Source of the DNA: Folioceros fuciformis
Lineage: Eukaryota
Assembly (NCBI GenBank): GCA_049999805.1
Contig: JBNGIO010006237.1
Span: 42,852 to 106,851, forward strand
Length of the DNA: 64,000 bases
Direction: 5' to 3'
Under the pieces are notes generated by a model, which was given only the letters and a program-made list of their open reading frames with translations, ran no database searches and was not told where the DNA came from. Numbering within the stretch: position 1 is the stretch's first letter; each line of letters begins with the position of its first letter. Positions 21,456-33,549 of the stretch are shown here, piece by piece. The translations under genes and the position numbers were made by a program.

Positions 21456-23204
21456 ATGGCTGCCGAATGCTGCAGCAGCATGCTGTGCGGGCGGGCACCG
21501 TCTGCTCAGCAGCAGCTGCGGTCGTCGTCATGGCTTCCCAGGAGCGCCATGCTGCCTCGGCCGTCACGATCCCGTGTGTCCATGGCCCTGCCTTCCCTAC
21601 CCGGTCCCTCCAGTGACCCCTTCCTTGCCCGTCTGGCTGCTGTGGCTTCGACCGAGGAAGGGAAGGAGCAGCTGGCCCAGTCCAGGGGCGGTTATGAAGA
21701 CAGACCTCCTCTGCTGGATCTTGTGGCTGACACTAAGCTCATGGCAGCTCCAGCCCAGGTAGGCCGCTTCTTCCTTCGCCGCTTCATCCTGTTCTTTCGG
21801 CTGTTCTTGATGGACTTCACCCGAGGTTTATGCCTGAGGAATGGTGCAGGTTGAACGCTCAACTTCCTATAATGAGCACAGGCCTCGGCGGCCCCCTCCA
21901 GATTTGCCTTCTCTTCTCCTGAACAGTCGGATTGTGTACATTGGCATGCCGGTAGACCCCCTTACCATTCTAATTCGGACTTCGTCTTGGATGCCATGGC
22001 TGTGAGTGACTGACCTTGGTTCTTGTTTTGGAGTAGCTGGTACCAGCAGTGACAGAATTGGTGATAGCAGAGCTCTTGTACCTGCAATGGTTGGATCCAC
22101 GACAACCCACTTATGTGTACATCAACTCCACTGGAACCTCGAGGGCTGACGGTGAAACGGTAACGAGGAAAGCTAGATGGTGGCTGGGGCTTCCTAGATA
22201 GATCAAGTGTCCCCCCAAGGTTTAATGATTTTCGAGTCCATCAACAGGTTGGAATGGAGACCGAGGGTTTCGCCATCTATGACACTATGATGAACGTCAA
22301 AAACGAGGTGTGCGTTACCCGCCTGCAACCCCGTGCTCCTTACTCTGATAGGTCTTCGTTTCATCTAAATTTCGTCATGTCTTTGGTTTTACGTTGGCAG
22401 ATTCAAACAGTAGCCGTTGGGGCTGCCATTGGACAAGCCTGTTTGCTTTTGGCTGCCGGTAACAAAGGCAGGCGGTTCATGCTCCCTCATGCAACAGGTT
22501 GTTATGCTCGTGTTGCCTTTTACTTCTGTCAATAATCGGTTTCTGTTAGATGAAAGAACTGAAATGCGCAGTTCTCTTTGAGCAGCCATGATTCAACAAC
22601 CCCGACTACCGTCAACTGGTCAAATGTCAGCAATTGACGTTCATATTCGAGCCAGGGAGGTACTTCTGTGACCTCTGGTCGCATTGTGTCAACTGCTATA
22701 TCTGGTCTGGATTAATTTCTCTTGCGCATTCGTGGCAGGTTATCAACAACAGGGACACACTTGTGGAACTACTCGCCCGCCATTCAGGCAATGTAAGTAG
22801 CATGCTTTTGTCCATCCTGAGTCCATAATATGTGTGCAGAAGCCAGGGGTCATGTTTCAAGTTTCCTTTCCCTCGACTTGGCAGTCTTTCGAGAAGGTCT
22901 CCAAAGTCATGGAGCGGCCATTTTACATGAACCCCAGGAAAGCCGTGGAGTTTGGTGTTGCTGACAAGGTGATCTTCATATGCCTTGCTGCCTTCAAAAG
23001 TTTCCAATGATGCCCATATTTCGAGTGCAAATGGTGTCGAATAATGTCAAATTGTGTCGCTGTGTACAGATTTTGTGGCGTGGTCAAGAAGCAATGGCAG
23101 AAACTTTGAAGGCCGAAGAGTGGGATCAAAGGGCAGGTATCAGAATGATCGAGCGTCCAATGACGTACGGTACACCCGAGTCGTCGGGATCTGGCCTCGG
23201 GTAA
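21456..23204 (+). CDS. CLPR3: Plastid ATP-dependent Clp protease non-catalytic subunit ClpR3
   Basis: Transit peptide; PPPDLPSLLLNSRIVYIGMP, LVPAVTELVIAELLYLQWLDP, YINSTGT..DGETVGMETEGFAIYD, AAIGQACLLLAAG, ILWRGQE. Confidence 0.9.
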
Positions 23205-23375
23205 CAAGTCAGTGAAGGCTTTTGAGTGCTTGAAGTCAGCTTGATGGTCACTCATTCCAAATTACAGTTGTCTGTGAAATTGAGGTGTGACACATGTAAT
23301 AGGAGAAATCGGCTCTTGTGAAAGTAGATCTGTCAAGTGAATCATATGCTAATCCAGGATGATTATATCGATACA

Positions 23376-25598
23376 CTAAGTGGAGAGATTGTCGTGGAGT
23401 AGACAATGAAAATGATGCATTGCTTGTTCCACTCTTGGCGCGTATCGTCCTTCATCGTACGCTGGTGATGCAAGCCCAGTTTGCACGTCCTCGCACAATC
23501 TGATATCTTCCCTCTGTTGCACGAACGAAGATGAAATCCAGCATCTATCACAATCAACACGCTGTGAAATTGTAGAAGCAGTTACCTGAATTTTTTCACT
23601 CTCTTCGATGCTTCTCTCAATGAAGGCGTGGTCCTGCTGTGCAACAGAATTCACAACAAAAGTTGGATTCGGACGTTCAAGAACTCCAAACACGTTTCGT
23701 AAAAATGACTGACCTTCGTACGAGAGTCCAAAAAGAAGTCGAATATAACCCGACATTGGCTGGGTGATAACGGTAGCACGAGATTTGTGTCCATCCAAGG
23801 ACCATACCTGACATACCAGATACGAGGTGAGAACAGGTATCGTTGAGCTTTGGGATGCTCAAGTCTTCACATGCGATACATTGAAAGTGGCGAAGACCTG
23901 TTTATCATGAAGTTGGGGTAGACAAATGCATAGGTAGCCAGACTCCCAAGCCTATTGGCATCGTCAGAAGATTGAGAAGCTCGGCACGTCTGTATGCTCA
24001 CTCTATCATGCAGCTGATTGAGACGGGCAGCAAGTACGTCATAAAAACTTGATGCAGTGATTCAAGAGATGGAAGGTAGTGAAACTTCCAAGCTCGTACC
24101 TTAGTTGTATAACTCTTAAGATCCAGACCAGCAGCCAGGCCTTTGTGAGCGTAGGGAACATGATACCCACCATCTAAGTAGTTGTCACAGTAAACCTGTC
24201 CCACCTCCCAAACAAACGTTCCTCAGAGTGATAAAGAGGAAGTATGCACTGAGCGGATGGATATAAGCCCTTGAAAGAATCACAAAACCTACAAACGTGT
24301 TGTGCAACCTTCCAGTTGCAGTTCAGCGTGTACTCTCGCCTTGCCACATGACATAAGGATGCATCAATCCCTGCATCTGAGAGCTCTTGCGATGCAGGGC
24401 CAAGCCATTTGGAATCTATATTTGCTGTTCCCACTTCTTCAGCCTCTACTTCCATCCCCTCCCTGTGCAAGCTGATGAGCACGAAAGGACCCCATGTAGC
24501 CACTCCTATAGGTAGTAACCCGTACTCCTGTAGAATGAGACCCAGCATCAGCCACAAGTATATTGCTTCAACGCATGTCGAACGAGAAAGCCAAGCAGCA
24601 CGACTTTACTGCAAGCACTGTACTACTTGAGGTCCTCTTTGTGGAAAACATACACGTGCAGAGAAGTTTCGCATGCCTCCAACCCGAGTGGCTTTTTGGA
24701 GTCTGCCATCCAAGCCATACGTCCAGCCCTGTTTCCACAATCGGGTGGCAAACCTTTCCTACTCAGATCCTCCGTCAACAGCAGACCTCGAAAGTGGCAA
24801 AGGGCAGCAATACACACATGATACGGGCAGACAAATGCATTGGCACAGCCAGAGCCACTGGCGATAGCTGCTGCATGATGCCGACAGACATTATGAAAGG
24901 CCTGCAAGCAGCCGGCGTGGTCCCTGCAAACCACATACTTGATCTTGCCTACGCTGCAGACGAATCCACGAGGCTAAATCTTAGAACCCATCTGCAGATC
25001 TACGTCCTCCTCTTCAAGGGAGACGCATCACCTACCTGCCAGTGAAGAAGCTGCCCGGCTCCTTGACTTGTTCTGAATGACCTGCTTCATCCAAAATTAC
25101 GCTGTTTTCAACGCACGAATGCCACCACACGCTGGCTTGATATCACATTCTCCACAAATCGCAAAATATTACCCACACACTGCCAGCCCCGGCAAAACAC
25201 ACGCTCCATCTCTACGGCAGCAAATGATTCGCTCGTGTACCAGGAACTAGGAGGCGTGCATGCCTCTTCCACAGACAGGGACCTGTCGAATCTCATCACC
25301 TGGAACAGGAAGTCTTGTTCCTCTGTCCTCTTTATCCGTGACGGAGAACTGAAATCGCAGCTTACTCCTGCACATCAAATAGGTCCCATCCTCCCCGTTA
25401 TCATCCTGCTAGACGAATCCTGAAGCTCACAAATTGGGCAGACAAGGATATCAAACCGCTGCCGTGTGCAGGGACCGCTTTTGAAGCAGACGCACGGAGC
25501 AAATTCAGGCTCTGTTTCCTGCAGCCCAGTCTCTGCGCAAGGAGACTGGCGAACTTGCCACCTTCCTTCCTACCCAGTAAGGCCCCCGAGCTCGCCAT
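23376..25598 (-). CDS. CMO: Choline monooxygenase-like Rieske oxygenase
   Basis: EACTPPSSWYT, AFHNVCRHHA...FVCPYH Rieske motif, CNWKVYCDNYLDGGYHVPYAH, EDIRLCEDVQTGLASPAYDEGRYAPRVEQAMHHFH. Confidence 0.92.
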
Positions 25599-26087
25599 GC
25601 TCAGATGTTGTGGGAATCGAAGTCCAAAGTTCAGTGAAGGGATTCGCGGAGGAGGAAGGTCTGCTTACAGACATACTACGTACTGTAGGTGAATTGCGTT
25701 TACTGTAACCTGGAGGTTTAAACTTCCTATCCCCCTTGGCGAGGCATACAAAGCACGTTCACGCCCTGACATCGATCTAAACACTGCACAGGCGAGGAGC
25801 CATCGATCCCGCGGAAGACACGGCTGCCTGGATTCGCTGCAAATTTTGCGCGTGAAGAGAGCTTCCTTTCGATGTGCAGATGAGGAGGTGTGGTGCGGGC
25901 TGCAGTACGGCCGGTTGCAGGATGCTGACCAAGGTGGAGCCAAGTGGGCATGGACATAATGCTGGATCCGGGGCGAGGAGAGCTCAGCTATGCTTCTAAA
26001 TGCGGGGCAGCCTGTCCAGGTTCTGTGTCGGTGCCAGGAGGAATATGACTTGACTGTCTCTTTGGAGTGCTGCGACAAAGCGGCACG

Positions 26088-29000
26088 ATGTTGAAGTTTT
26101 TGAAGGGAGTGGTTGGATCGGCCGGGGGCATCAGGGATCTGCCTTATAACCTGGGCGAGCCGTATTCCGAGGCGTGGGGGGCCTGGACTCATTACCGCGG
26201 CACGTCTAAGGTAGTCTCCCTTGTTGCCTGAGGGAAAGCAGATATGGCCACAAACCTGGATCCACAAGCCAATTGCCAGTTGCACGATCCTAACGTAGTT
26301 TGTACTTTGAACCGCCCCACCGTGTCACTCAGCTCGGGATTGTGCTGAGGATTTGTTATGGCTTGCCGGAAGCTGGATGCAGTTAGCTGAGAATGGGTTT
26401 CTCCGTGCCCGAAACTGCTTCCGGTTATGATCTGCCTGAGTTGCGAATTTTTTCCTTTCCTTCTTGACTCTTTAGTCAGAGCACATAAGAGCGTGGGGTG
26501 CCCTCTTCTCTGTTTGTGGGCAGGAGGATAATACTCCTGTGTCTATATTCTCATTTGTGGGGAACAGCAGTCAAGATGGTCGAATGGTGGCAGCTCGCAA
26601 CGGAGTCAAGCGTCTTCGGATGGTAACTGTTGAGCGAACTAAAAGTGATCTTAGAATCTAGTGATGAGCCCAAGCTGTTACTCATCGTCAGCAAATATTG
26701 CTATTGTGCAGGTTAGACATCCAAGTGTTCTGTCATTTCTGCATTCTACAGAGGTGGAAACAAATGAAGGTGGTCTTGTCCGACCTACGATCTACCTTGT
26801 TACTGAGCCCGTCACCCCATTATACGAGAAGCTGAAGGAGCTCAATTTGCAAGGCAGTCAAAGGCATGTAATAAGAACTCCGTGGATTATCATTCAAGTT
26901 CTTGATAGAAAAGCCATGGTGGTTAACTCTTTTGGGGTGATGCTATCATATCTATCTTTGCTGTGTGTGAAGGGATGAATATTATGCATTGGGCCTCCAT
27001 CAAATTGCCAAGGCCGTCAGCTTTCTGAACAATGACAACAAGCTGGTTAGCGCTCCGTTTCTCTGGGGTTATCTTCTCAGCTGTAGATGCTTTGCAGTGA
27101 AGTTGATTTATTCTGGGAGAAAAGTCTCAAGGGTGCCTGTTTGTATTCTTGGCAGGTCCATGGGAATGTGTGCTTATCATCTGTAGTTGTTACACCAACT
27201 TTAGACTGGAAGCTGCATGCTTTTGATGTTCTCTCAGAGTTTGATGGACAAAACCCAGCTGCAGCGGGTCCCATGCTAGTGAGTGTCTTGCCGTGGGATG
27301 ATCATAGGTTGGGCATTCTTGGAGTGGTTGTGCTTATCATAACCTGTTTGTGCACATGCAGCCTCATGAGTGGCTTGTAGGATCACAATATAAGCCTACC
27401 GAGCTGGGAAAGACTGACTGGGCTACTATAAGGAGGTCCCCACCTTGGGCTATTGACTCATGGGGCTTAGGTGCATACATCTAGCTTCCCGATGGGCAAC
27501 AACCTATCTCTCAATCGCATTGTCCACCTTGTTAGAAGAAAAGACTCCGCTAGACTCCTCTTTGAAAGGAAGCCAATCCTGTTGCTGTGCAGGTTGTTTC
27601 ATTCATGAGCTCTTTTTTGGAACTAAGCTTTTGAAGACTGAAGATCTGCGAAACACTGGATCTATACCTAAGGTTGTGAAGTTTAAACAACATGTGATGC
27701 ATAGAAGCACTGTTCGAAGCATTTGTTTTCATGTGCTTGATTGCGAGAAGACTGTCAAATCACTAGTTCGACTGGCACTACAGTGGCATGCATGCCCTCT
27801 TTGCCCACAATGCATGCGTTTTGTAATGTGTGTGCTTGTCACGCAGAGTCTTCTTCCAGACTATCAGCGGCTTCTGCACTCTGCTCCAGCAAGCAGGTTA
27901 AATTCTGCAAAGCTCCTGGAGAACCATGGTATGAATCTTGTACTTGTCATGAAAAGCTACTTATGAGCTCATTCACAGCTTTCTCCATGTGTCAGTGCCT
28001 CGCATGTCAATGTGCTCATTATCAGTTTCACCACATGCTGATTTTGATTCACAGAATATTTTCAGAACAAGTTGGTGCAAACTATCCAGTTCATGGAAAC
28101 TTTGAATCTGAAGGATACTGTAGATAAGGACAGCTTCTTTCGGAAACTACCGACATTAGTGGAACAGCTGCCAAGGGAGATCGTCACTCGGAAGGTACTC
28201 CAGACTCGTTTGCTTGCTGTCTCTTAGACCACTCTCTAACTCTTGTGGCTCATCCGCTTTTCATTCTCAAGCTGATGAGTCGCACATTGTATGTTTCTCA
28301 GTTGCTGCCACTTCTTGCTTCGGCCTTGGAGTTTGGTTCTGCTGCAGCACTTGCTCTTACTCCTCTTCTTAAAATGGGATCATGGCTTTCAGCAGAGGAG
28401 TTCAATGCCAGGGTATTCATTGCCCTCCCCCCGATTGCTGAATTTGATCATTGAATTTGTCCGAACTTACCTTACACTTGGCCTACAACGCAGGTCCTAC
28501 CAACAGTTGTGAAACTGTTTGCTTCCAATGACCGGGGTATCCGGATCGGGCTACTTCAGCACATTGATCAATTTGGGTCGTCCTTGTCCACCACCGTGGT
28601 TGATGAGCAGGTGGATTTGCTGACTGTAGTAGTGCAATGAGTCTTACTTTTCATTGAACTGCCACTCTTCACTTGGCTGTGTTGGTGGTTGGTACAGGTG
28701 TGAAGTCTGGTTGAGTCGTTTCATTGTAGTTGTCTACCTGGATTCACTTATACCTTTCTGTTACCCGGAATTTCAATGAGACTTCCTTTTGGCACAGATT
28801 TTCCCACACCTGTCAACTGGGTTCTCAGACACAGCAGCAGTTGTTCGAGAGCTCACTCTGAAGTCAATGCAAACACTTGCTCCGAAGGTGCGCAGCTGTG
28901 TAACCCGTCCTCATGATGTTGAAGGAGACTCTCATATGGCGGTAGGAAGGTAGACCTTGTTGTGGCTGCCCTTTGAACCTGATGTGCTTGTCTGATGCCT

Positions 29001-30969
29001 GCAGTTATCTCAACGGACTATCACGGGCTCTCTGTTGAAGTACTTGTCCAAATTACAGGTATACCATGCGACGTAGATTACGACCCTGCTCACTGGAGCG
29101 TCTGGGTTGCTGGATCGGGGATATCCAGCATTTCTCCATTCAGAGAGGGAATGTTGCAAGTGCTGTTTCAGACCTTAGGTGTTCATTTATGCATGACCTC
29201 AGTTTGTTAGATATTGTAAGCTGTCCATCCCTGTACATACTGTTGCATGGTGGGTTCCAGGTGGATGAGGAAGCAGCTATTCGAGCAAATACCACAATTT
29301 TACTTGGCAATATTGCGTCACATTTTAATGATGCGGTATGGTCAGTACGTTCTGCTGTACTGTTGTGGAAACTGTCACTGGTTGCAAAACTTCATCGTTG
29401 GTACTCATCTGTGATAGTTTTGCAGACCCGAAAGCGTGTTTTGATTAATGCTTTCACAGTGAGAGCTCTTCGTGATGGGTTTGCACCTGCAAGGGGAGCA
29501 GGTACGAAGCGATCAGAGGAATGACAACTGCTGCAACGTAGTTGAGCAGAGCATAAATCGTGTAAAAATCGTCATTCCCAAACTCGATGGATGCATGAAG
29601 TTGTTGGTTGCTGGGTTTGCAGGTATCATGGCTCTAATGGCCACGAAGGAATATTATGATGTGACGGAAGTGGCGACTAGGATCCTTCCCCATCTTGTGG
29701 CTTTAACAGTGGATGCGGACACGTACTTTTCTTCTGCCCATACGTGAAGTGGTTTGGTGAGTATGATGGCGGCTGTGCAGGTGAAAACCGGTGCTGACTG
29801 CGGATCCTGTGGCAGTGATGTGAGGGGAAAAGCATTCCAAGCTGCAGACATGTTTTTGCAGTTGGTCAAGAAGTATCATGAGAAGGTAGTCCGCAAGTCT
29901 TCTGTGTAGCGAGCAGGGAACCGTACTTTTGGATTTGGCTCAGTGACTGTTGGAAATCGTGCAGCAAGATTCGGGAGATGTCTCTACCACAAGTATTACA
30001 GCCCCAATCGGAGGAGGAGCTGTTGCAGCCTCTGGACTTCTGAGGTTTGTAGCTGACACCGGTGTTTTCATCTGGTCCAGTGGGGTATGTTGGCCGACAT
30101 TTGTTGTTGCGTTGTAGCTGGGCTGTCAGTTCCTTCGCAACCAAGGCCAAGGGCGCCGAGCAAACTAGTACCACGACTGGCGTAATTATGCAAGCAAATG
30201 TTGGTGCCAATGCGCAGCCCGTAGCTAGCACAGGTGAGAAGTACAGAATCACGGAAAATGTCATGTGGTGCTGAGAAACGTAGCTGTCCCCCCTGACTTC
30301 CGCGCTTGCTCGTCCTGTCCAGGTACCCTGAACCTACCGGCTGCAAGAACGGAACAGGCCAACTCGTTGTTTCCTGATTCTTCAGCCCACTTGATTCCTG
30401 ATGGATGGGGAGAGCTCGAGTCTAACGGATACCAAGCCGGGGAAGATGACAAGGGATGGGAAGACCTGATAGTCTTTGACGAGCCACCCCCGCCAGCTAT
30501 GGCCAGAATACAGGCTGCACAGCAAAGACCCGTGACAGTGCTGAAAACACCGGCCATTCCCCCTCCTCCTTCAGACGTATTCTCGAGCAGCCAAGGTGAG
30601 TCACTTCACAGCGTGAAATCTCTGATCCTCGCCCACGTGTGACCTTAGGAGTCTAAAAGTGCCTGGCTTGTGGTCCCAGCGGATGACCTGTTCCAGTCCA
30701 GCACGACAACTACAAAGAGCAGCGACGGATGGGGCAACGACGATGACGATCCTTGGGCTTCCATTGCTGCCCCTCCCCCCTCAACAACTGCAAAGCCTCT
30801 AAGCAGCTCCACGGTAGCAGGCAGAGGATCTGGTGCGCCTCGTGTGAGGCTGGCACAGCATGTCTCCATACACGGTGACTCTGGACCCAAAGTGGGGGTG
30901 GGTAGAGCCCGTGGTCGAGCGGGACCTCTCAAGCTTGGCGTCCAACGCATCAATCGCACAACAGAGTAG
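26088..30969 (+). CDS. SCY1: SCY1-like pseudokinase with HEAT repeats (SCYL1 type), many exons
   Basis: MLKFLKGVV..DLPYNLGEPY, VRHPSVLSFLHSTE, IYLVTEPV, LDWKLHAFD, SPPWAIDSWGLG, DEEAAIRANTTILLGNIA, KRVLINAFTVRALRD, PLKLG C-terminus. Confidence 0.92.
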
Positions 30970-31192
30970 GCGTGTAGCGTTGTCCGTGTATTCCCACATT
31001 AGCAATTCTATTTTGTCCGTCGCGGATGCCCATTTCGTGCACATGAACATGTGCTTGTCACTGTGCAAGATTCAAAATTCTACGTGTCGTACAATGGATA
31101 AGACAGACAGCTCAGGATCTGTATCTAAGCGTCAGTTAGTGCACACATGATGCCCAGTGTCTTACAGTTGTCCATTTGTCGGAATCGGACAC

Positions 31193-31367
31193 CGCCTCGG
31201 CTGGCTGTCTCGTGTCAACTGCCTTGAGATAAGGCCACCTCGGCTGGCTGTCTCGTGTCCACTGCCTTAAGATAACACGTCGCTTTCTACATACTCGAGG
31301 GTAGTTTTTCTCAACTGCCTGCCCGGAGATAACACGTTGCTTTCTATATACTCGAGGATAGTTTTTG
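31193..31367. repeat. Two pairs of short direct duplications
   Basis: CCTCGGCTGGCTGTCTCGTGTC.ACTGCCTT.AGATAA x2, then AGATAACACGT.GCTTTCTA.ATACTCGAGG.TAGTTTT x2. Confidence 0.8.
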
Positions 31368-31394
31368 TGTAGACGGAAGCTTATGTAAAAAATA

Positions 31395-31855
31395 TATTTT
31401 TTATTATTGAAAAAAAGATGGAAAGTCTCGTCTACTCCAAAGGTTGGAAGAACAACCCAAAGTTTAGGATTAAGGGTTAAGTGTTAAGGATTAATTAAAT
31501 TAACTTCATCTATACTATTATTGTATTATATATAAGAATATATGGATAGGAGACCATATCATAAAAGGTACTTCAAATCACATATGGTTTTTTTGTCCCA
31601 AAAATATCAGGATAGGAATACAAAACAATCATGTAAGAATTCAAAACACGTAACATGTACAGTATATACATATCATAACTATTCATTAAAAGTAAAGATT
31701 TCATAACAGTCTACATTAAACATATCATATTAGTCATTGACGGGACTAGTACCCTTTTTGACCTTTGGCCCTTTTGCTTTGGTTGTTCCTTCTATCTTAT
31801 CTTTCGAGTAGTTGGGACTTTCCATCTCTTTTCTTAATAATAAAAAATAATATTT
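31395..31855. repeat. Two short, oppositely oriented copies of the RLE retroelement 3' end seen at 3840-3930
   Basis: TTATTATTGAAAAA.AGATG.AAAGTC.C.TCTACTCCAAAG.TTGGA.GAACAAC at ~31400-31460 (+) and as reverse complement at ~31741-31855. Confidence 0.75.
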
Positions 31856-32169
31856 TATTGCATATATCATAATACATAGAGTTAATATGAACATTGAATA
31901 TTTCCAATTTTATTACATTATATAAAAGATATTTTATTCTTTACTTCAAAAAGATGTATTAAATATTCAAATTTAAATGTATTTCTATGACATTAAATCA
32001 AGGGTACTTCATTATTGTAATTTGAAGCATAACTTAAGCATTGAAGTGAAAACGCATGGAAGGAACATACTATACCTTGAGGAGTGATTCGGTATTAAAT
32101 AATTATAATTCATAGATATTGAAATTTTAAATTTTATTACGATGTGAATGCCGAATGTGATAGAAATTA

Positions 32170-33410
32170 GTTTGGAGAGATGCTGAAAACGAGGTTGCAA
32201 AAGGGCAGGGTAAGACATGCTTAGATCCACACATGCAGGTGTGAATTGACATGTACAAGAAACCCAGAAGTATGACGGATACAAAGCATGTGTTCGAGAG
32301 CTTAGAGCAAGAGATGAGAGCATTTCAATTGTACTCCAGAATGCAAGAGGAAGGTGCAATACCAGATAAGGCCACATATTTCTCAATGCTCAAGGTTTGT
32401 GATGGCATTGGAGCCTCTATGTTGACATAGTGAAAAGCGAGCTCGATTCAAAGCTGAGTGTGGGAAACACTCTTATTCAAGCATATGCAAAATGTGGTAG
32501 TTCGACTAATTCAAGGCTTGTTTTCAACTCCTTGACCAAGGGAAGTTAGATTTCATGGAATGCCATGATTGTAATGCATATCTTGTAGGGTGACTACGAT
32601 AAGACCATGGAGCGCTTTCAAGAAATGCACAACAGACACACGTTGAGTTGGTTGCTCATGTCTAGTATAGCCGTGTAGGAATGTTGTACAACGGTTTGTA
32701 CTGCTTCCAGTACTTGGTGAGAGACTATGGCATCGGTGCAACATACAAGCATTGTGTCAGCCTCATTGACCTTGTTAGCCGGGCATGACTCCTCCATAAG
32801 GCATAGGACTAAATGATGCACAGGTATGACCTACCTGGCTTCACAACTTGGATGTCTCTCCTCAATGTGTGCAAAATCCACTATAGTGTTGTGCTGGAAA
32901 GATGTGCATCCGAGCAAGCCGTGAGGCTGGAGCCGAAGCGCAATGCTCCATACATGATCATGGAGAACATAGATGCCCAGGAAAAAATGTGGGATTGTGC
33001 AGACAAAGTGCTTGAACTGAGAGCATAGTCACTTATGAACTTAGGTTCGAGAATTGAAGTTCTGGAAGCTTGGAACCATAGATTTGATCTATGGGCGCAA
33101 TGGGAGTGGGAAAACAACCCAGCTGATTCTTCATATCTAGTTCCTTGAAAGGTAAACCTTCAGCTCATTATGTCATGCAGAAAGCAAGTCTCTTTTTCAG
33201 GGTGTAGAGCTTCCCTTGGATTGGCTGACTTCTTACATTGTCAACAACTTTGGTGAAGGTATTTTTTGACTAACATGATTAAGGATGAGCTTGTGTTTGG
33301 ATGTCCACAACTCACTGCTAATGAAGAGCGACCACTGGCATAATAGTTATCTTGCAGGGATTTCTTACAGAGAATTTCTAGTAGCAGCTACTTTGTAAGG
33401 GTCCCATTGG
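32170..33410 (+). pseudogene. PLS-class pentatricopeptide repeat gene (E domain, decayed DYW region), pseudogene
   Basis: AFQLYSRMQEEGAIPDKATYFSMLKVC; VGNTLIQAYAKCGS...ISWNAMI; HCVSLIDLVSRA; TWMSLLNVCKIH...LEPKRNAPYMIMENI; CLDVHN remnant. Many stops and frameshifts. Confidence 0.85.
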
Positions 33411-33549
33411 ATTCTAAACAGTCCTTCAAAACATCAAAACTTCATCGAAGAATCCTTCAAAACTTTCTTCAGCACTATTGGATTAGGGCAGCATGTTCCA
33501 TAGATAGTCAGTCCATCTTAGATTTATAAATAGTTTGTCCACTATCTAT

